Below, piece by piece: positions 59,886 through 64,000 of a stretch of 64,000 nt of DNA. The stretch is from Thermoanaerobaculia bacterium (GTDB taxonomy: Bacteria; Acidobacteriota; Thermoanaerobaculia; UBA5066). Position numbers and translations under genes: made by a program. Position 1 is the stretch's first letter. Every line of letters begins with the position of its first letter. The stretch covers positions 282,951-346,950 of the forward strand of contig JBBRRY010000001.1 in assembly GCA_038245905.1 (NCBI GenBank). The letters are read 5' to 3'. The notes beneath the pieces are model-generated. The model searched no databases and was not told the origin of the DNA. It saw only the letters and a list, made by a program, of their open reading frames with translations.

Positions 59886-60826
59886 GTCTCCTCGAGGAGT
59901 CTCACGAGCGAGGCGAGCGTGCGGTTCACCGGCGCCGGAACGCCGAGCGCCTCCCCGCGGCGCGCGACGAAGCCGTTCAGGTCCTCGATCTCCGTGCGGC
60001 GCCCCCGGGCGAGGTCCTGCGCCGTCGAGGAGGTCGCCTGCGGCATCGTGGTTCCCAGCCGCCACGCGTCGCCGAAGACGTCGCGTCCCGAGAGGTCGAC
60101 GCCGCTCGCCGCGGCCACGGCGAGGACCTCACCGACGATGTCCTCGAGGAGACGGCGGCGGTCCGGAGCCGCCGTGAGGCGCGAATACCGTGCGCGGCCG
60201 AGTGCCGAGACGGCGTTGAACGCGCAATTCGCCGCGAGCTTCGCCCACAGCTCCCCCACGACGTTCTCCGCCACGAGGCATGGGACGCCCGCACGCGCGA
60301 AAAGCGCGGACGTGGCGACCAGGGCCGATCTTCTCTGCGCCGCCCCGGGCGCGGCCGGCGTCTCGTCGCCGATCACGAGGTCGCCGCGGCCCGCGTGCGT
60401 GAGAGTCCCCGGCGCCGTCAGCTCGGCCGCGACCCAGACCACCGCCGGGAATGCGTCGCGGCCGGTTCCGGCCCGAAGGCGCGCCGCGTTCTCGACGCCG
60501 TTCTGGAGGCTGAGGACCGTCGCACCTTCGTCGAGGTGGGGCGCGAGCGCGAGCGCCGCCTCGTCCGTGTCCCAGGACTTCACGGCGACGAGGACGAGGC
60601 TCGCGCCCCGCGCCGCGCCTGCGTCCGTCGAGGCCGCGACGCGCACGCGCTCAGTGAACGTGGTGGTCTCGAGCAGAAGGCCATCGCCGGATATCGCGTC
60701 GACGAGGAGTGGCCTTCCGATGAGCGTGACGGGAACGCCGGCGCGCGCCAGCATCGCGCCGAAGTAGCACCCTACCGCGCCCGCGCCGAAGACGGCAACC
60801 GCGTTTCCTTCTCGAGCTCCCACCAC
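59858..60826 (-). CDS. panE: 2-dehydropantoate 2-reductase
   Basis: GAGAVG, VKS, LQNG, WAKLAAN, SSTAQD...TEIEDLNG; start uncertain (60826 or 60823). Confidence 0.9.
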   Translation of the reverse strand: MVGAREGNAVAVFGAGAVGCYFGAMLARAGVPVTLIGRPLLVDAISGDGLLLETTTFTERVRVAASTDAGAARGASLVLVAVKSWDTDEAALALAPHLDEGATVLSLQNGVENAARLRAGTGRDAFPAVVWVAAELTAPGTLTHAGRGDLVIGDETPAAPGAAQRRSALVATSALFARAGVPCLVAENVVGELWAKLAANCAFNAVSALGRARYSRLTAAPDRRRLLEDIVGEVLAVAAASGVDLSGRDVFGDAWRLGTTMPQATSSTAQDLARGRRTEIEDLNGFVARRGEALGVPAPVNRTLASLVRLLEETQRPSTAFL

Positions 60827-60867
60827 GCGGCATTCTCCCCCGCCCGCGGCGGCCGACGCGACCGCGC

Positions 60868-60896
60868 TTGACGAACCTCGCGGCGGCAAGTACTTT
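60868..60896 (+). promoter_or_regulatory. tRNA promoter
   Basis: TTGACG 60868-60873, 17-bp spacer, TACTTT 60891-60896. Confidence 0.7.
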
Positions 60897-60919
60897 CGTT
60901 CCCGCCACAGCCACCGCGA

Positions 60920-60994
60920 GCGGGTGTAGTTCAGTGGTAGAACGTCAGCTTCCCAAGCTGAATGTCGTGGGTTCGATCCCCATCACCCGCTCCA
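60920..60994 (+). tRNA. tRNA-Gly (anticodon CCC)
   Basis: GCGGGTG acceptor stem pairs with CACCCGC; anticodon arm TCAGC-TTCCCAA-GCTGA; GTTCGAT T-loop; encoded CCA. Confidence 0.97.
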
Positions 60995-61048
60995 TTGTTG
61001 CTCTCCAAGTCCGACGTGTACGATCCGAGGGCCGTCAAGGAGGTGACC

Positions 61049-61303
61049 GTGAGCATCGCGGAATCATTCGGCCGATCGGCTTTCGCTCGGTTCATCAGCA
61101 GCCCCGCCGGTCGCATCGCGCGCCTCGTCGTCGGGATCGCCCTCATCGCCTGGGGCTACACGCAGCGCGGCAGCGGCACCGGGCTCGTCCTCATCGCGGT
61201 CGGATTCCTTCCGCTGATCACCGGCGCCTTCAACTTGTGCCTGATCAGCGCCCTCCTGGGCGGTCCCATCAGCAGCGCGCGCGTTGGAAAGGGCAGTCCA
61301 TAA
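61049..61303 (+). CDS. YgaP/DUF2892-like small membrane protein
   Basis: SD AAGGAGGT, GTG 61049; GRIARLVVG...GAFNLCLISALLG. Confidence 0.8.
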   Translation: MSIAESFGRSAFARFISSPAGRIARLVVGIALIAWGYTQRGSGTGLVLIAVGFLPLITGAFNLCLISALLGGPISSARVGKGSP

Positions 61304-62190
61304 GGCCCGGCGGAGCTCTCGTCCTCGGCACAGCGCTCGCGTCCGGCCTCGCTTCCGCCCAGCCGCTCGCGGAGCGCTACGCCGACATCGGGACGATGAT
61401 CGTGACGACGTCACGCTTCACGATGTTTCCGCACGAGAAGCGCGCGAAGGGGCACACGTACGACGGAAAATCGTATCCCGCCGACGTCCACTACAGCGAC
61501 AGCACCGTCGCGATCTTCGTCCCGAAGGGCTTCCGCGCCGGTAAGACCACCGACCTCATCTTCTACTTTCACGGCTGGCGCAACAACGTGGACGACACCT
61601 TCGCCAGGTTCCACGTCGCCGAGCAGCTCGCGGCGAGCGGCGTGAACGCGGTTCTCGTCCTCGCCGAGGGACCGAAGAACGCGCCCGACTCCTTCGGGGG
61701 GAACCTGGAGGAGACAGGCGTCTTCTCGAGCCTCGTCTCCGACGTTCTCGGGGCGCTGAAGGCGCGCGGCGTGATCGAGCAAACGCGGCCCGGGTCGATC
61801 GTCCTGGCCGGACACAGCGGCGCGTACCGGGTGATGGCGTTCATCCTGACGAGGGGCGGCCTGACCGCGAACATCCGCGAGGTCTACCTCTTCGACGCCC
61901 TTTACGGACAGACGGAGAAGTTCGCCCACTGGATCGACCGCTTTTCGGGGAAGCTCGTCGACATCCACACCGCGGAGGGGGGCACGCGAGCGCAGACGAT
62001 GGACCTGATGGACGATCTCCGCGCGTGGAATATCCCGTTCGTGGCGGTTCCGGAAGACGCCGTCACGCAGGATGTCCTTCGGAAGAACCGGCTCGTCTTC
62101 ATCGAGTCCCCGCTCGAGCACGACGACGTCGTCGCCGGCAAAGAGCAGTTCCGGGCCTTCCTGACGGCCAGCGCGCTCAGCCGCCGGTGA
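61300..62190 (+). CDS. Putative exported alpha/beta-hydrolase-fold protein (start codon uncertain)
   Basis: YFHGW, LAGHSGAY nucleophile elbow, LFDALYG, C-terminal H. A signal-like segment starts at ATA 61300; the first ATG is 61396. Confidence 0.75.
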   Translation: MRPGGALVLGTALASGLASAQPLAERYADIGTMIVTTSRFTMFPHEKRAKGHTYDGKSYPADVHYSDSTVAIFVPKGFRAGKTTDLIFYFHGWRNNVDDTFARFHVAEQLAASGVNAVLVLAEGPKNAPDSFGGNLEETGVFSSLVSDVLGALKARGVIEQTRPGSIVLAGHSGAYRVMAFILTRGGLTANIREVYLFDALYGQTEKFAHWIDRFSGKLVDIHTAEGGTRAQTMDLMDDLRAWNIPFVAVPEDAVTQDVLRKNRLVFIESPLEHDDVVAGKEQFRAFLTASALSRR

Positions 62191-63724
62191 GCGCGAACGA
62201 TGGCGCGAGCCCGGAGGTCCGGTAGCAGCCGCGGCAGAAGGCCGGGGAGGAGCCGTCGAACATCGCATCGCGGACGATTCGAGCCCTCTTTCCATTCCAG
62301 ATCTGCTCGAGAGAATCGTCCGGCGACCGGCCGAGAGAGACCTCGTTCACCATCTGGGTACAGCAGACGAATGCGTCGCCGCGAACATTGAAGAGCAGCC
62401 TCTCCCACGGCTCCCCGCACGCTGGAGGCTGCGGACCCTCGCATCGAGTCCCGATCCCTCCTGCGGCCTCCGCCGCCTCCAGCACCTCCGCCGGGACGGT
62501 CGAACCGTAAAGTATCTCGTAGGAAAATTGCACGCCCAGCGACTGGGCACGTGCGCGGGCCTTGCCCAGAACGTCCTCGCGCCTGGTATCCCCCGTCAGC
62601 TCCTGCTCGCGGTAGTCGAAGAGGAAGCCGTCGGGCGCCACGACTCGCTGTGATCCGCCCGGCTGAATTTCCTGGAACATCACACGGTCCAGGCCGAGGC
62701 GAGCCGCCAGATCGACAAAGGCCGGAGCCTCGGGCAGGTTCAATTTCATGAGGGTCATGTTGATCTCGATCTGCGGCCGCTTGCTGCCGGCGGCGTCCCG
62801 GATTTCGCGGAGGGCCTGGATCTTCGAGAGGAGGGCGTCGAAGTCCGGGCGCCGCCGTATCCGGAGATATGTCCGGGCGGTCGCCGCGTCGAGAGAGATC
62901 GAGATCCAGCCGAGACGCTCGACGAGGCGGCGGCTCACGGCCGCGGTCAGAAGATGCCCGTTCGAGTTGAAGCCCACGACCGCGGGGGACGCAGAGAGAG
63001 CCTCCATGAGGTCCTCGAGGAAGGGGTAAAGAAGCGGCTCCCCTGCCCCGTGAAGACCGATGCGACGAGCCTGGCGGAGAAGAGGAAGGAGACTGCGCCA
63101 CGTCTCCGGATCCATGTCACGACGAGGCGAAGAGGAGTCGGCGCTCGCGTAGCCGCACATCACGCACGCGGGAACGATGTTGCAGCGCGTCGTAAGCTCC
63201 AGCCAGACCTCCTTCGGAAGCGAACCGGCGAGGCTCCGGTCCGTGACAGTCGCCGGATCGTGCCGAGTGCGGTATTCGATTCCCTCGCGGACTTCACGCT
63301 CCAGGACAACCCGGTCCTGGTCGGCGGCAATCAGGAGCCGCGCGCCCTTCCTCTCCTCCGCCCCCGTCGCGTCGCGGCCGAGAAGCTCGCGGTAACTCTC
63401 CCGCGTCGTGGTCAGGGCCCGATACTCGGAGGACGAAGCAATGTATCGCCGGAGGTGGCCGCGACGCATGAGGCCGAGGCCGAGATTTCTGGTTCCCTCT
63501 GAGAGCCCAACGAAATCGGCGCGGCGGCCGAGCAGCTCGTCGTAAAGATGGACAATGAACTCTTCGTCGCTCTCGGCCGACGCGAAGCGCCTGACCGAGG
63601 AATCGAGCCGGTTCAAGGAGCGCTTCCAGAGAGGAGCCGAGAAGCGGACTGTCGTCGAGGGCTCCTTCGACATCGACGTGTGCCTCGTCCTTCTGATCAT
63701 CTTCATGCGGGCCCATGCGCTCAA
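62177..63724 (-). CDS. Radical SAM/SPASM-twitch protein with an N-terminal DUF4214-like domain
   Basis: SDEEFIVHLYDELLGRRAD repeat; CNIVPACVMC; GAGEPLL; ISLDAAT; C...PW...CC...IWNG...CRGC. Confidence 0.85.
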   Translation of the reverse strand: MSAWARMKMIRRTRHTSMSKEPSTTVRFSAPLWKRSLNRLDSSVRRFASAESDEEFIVHLYDELLGRRADFVGLSEGTRNLGLGLMRRGHLRRYIASSSEYRALTTTRESYRELLGRDATGAEERKGARLLIAADQDRVVLEREVREGIEYRTRHDPATVTDRSLAGSLPKEVWLELTTRCNIVPACVMCGYASADSSSPRRDMDPETWRSLLPLLRQARRIGLHGAGEPLLYPFLEDLMEALSASPAVVGFNSNGHLLTAAVSRRLVERLGWISISLDAATARTYLRIRRRPDFDALLSKIQALREIRDAAGSKRPQIEINMTLMKLNLPEAPAFVDLAARLGLDRVMFQEIQPGGSQRVVAPDGFLFDYREQELTGDTRREDVLGKARARAQSLGVQFSYEILYGSTVPAEVLEAAEAAGGIGTRCEGPQPPACGEPWERLLFNVRGDAFVCCTQMVNEVSLGRSPDDSLEQIWNGKRARIVRDAMFDGSSPAFCRGCYRTSGLAPSFALTGG

Positions 63725-63867
63725 TCCGCGGACTCGAGGATCCCGAAGTCCACCATCCGGCGGACGAGCGCCGGGGTCAAGGCGAGATTCCGTTCACGTC
63801 GAATCGCGGCCAGGGCGTCGTCGATCGGCCGGCCGTCGAAGTATCGCAACGCGTCGACGAGCCCTAG
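63721..63867 (-). pseudogene. 3' remnant of a gene interrupted by the IS insertion
   Basis: Frame ...LGLVDALRYFDGRPIDDALAAIRRERNLALTPALVRRMVDFGILESAD* has host-like codon usage up to CTAG 63864-63867, where IS sequence begins. Its stop overlaps the radical SAM start. Confidence 0.6.
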
Positions 63868-64000
63868 CAGGCTGCTGAAAAAGTCGGATGAGTTAGCTTT
63901 CGAAGTCTTGAAGAGAGCGAAGTGCGGAAGCACCTTGTTGGGATGCGTGGAGACAGAGAGCAGCAGCCCGACCTCGTTGTGACGATGACGCCCGAGGAGC
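63868..64000 (+). mobile_element. Left end of an IS5/IS1182-type insertion sequence
   Basis: CTAG target followed by CAGGCTGCTGAAAAAGTC, which resembles the terminal IR of this IS group; GC drops; a transposase-like start follows. Confidence 0.8.
63943..64000 (+). CDS. Transposase N-terminus (partial)
   Basis: MRGDREQQPDLVVTMTPEE matches the MRGxxxxQxxL...xPEE(RVPxDHPLR) start of DUF772-type transposases. Confidence 0.7.
   Translation, partial: MRGDREQQPDLVVTMTPEE

Noticed and set aside
60868-61299. ORFs 60868-62190 and 60962-61303 starting within or before the tRNA
   Set aside because: Their 5' parts run through the tRNA gene and promoter; better starts exist at 61049 and 61300/61396.
60920-64000. 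Genomic island integrated at tRNA-Gly
   Set aside because: No integrase, no duplicated tRNA 3' end in the window and no clear compositional shift until the IS; cannot be excluded beyond the edge.

Overview
High-GC (about 69% by eye), gene-dense bacterial chromosomal segment. The gene content and style suggest Acidobacteriota, possibly Thermoanaerobaculia-like (inference). In order it holds: the 5' part of hom, an M16 peptidase, an RHH/MazF toxin-antitoxin pair, amrS-amrB, an Rrf2-sufBCDSUT operon, a Na+/solute symporter, addBA, a membrane-anchored five-CxxCH cytochrome c-TPR protein with a GT-C-like membrane protein, an MBL hydrolase, an M1 aminopeptidase, four FG-GAP/ASPIC-UnbV (CRTAC1-like) exported proteins, a Ser/Thr kinase-TPR, a CPA1 antiporter, TolC-MFP-RND plus an OYE, a nitronate-monooxygenase-like flavoprotein, feoAB, usp, Ku with a MerR-like HTH-TPR partner, panE, tRNA-Gly(CCC), a DUF4214-like radical SAM protein, and the left end of an IS5/IS1182-type element at the right edge. 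The strongest unexplained signal is a dispersed AT-rich ~15-bp DNA motif (consensus CCTTCWAAGAARTCY) set in polypyrimidine/polypurine tracts. It occurs about 24 times between 0.8 and 46.6 kb, mostly inside genes and in all reading frames, and usually as reverse-then-forward pairs 35-420 bp apart. Many operon-leading genes also look leaderless. All calls come from reading the sequence by eye; no searches were run.
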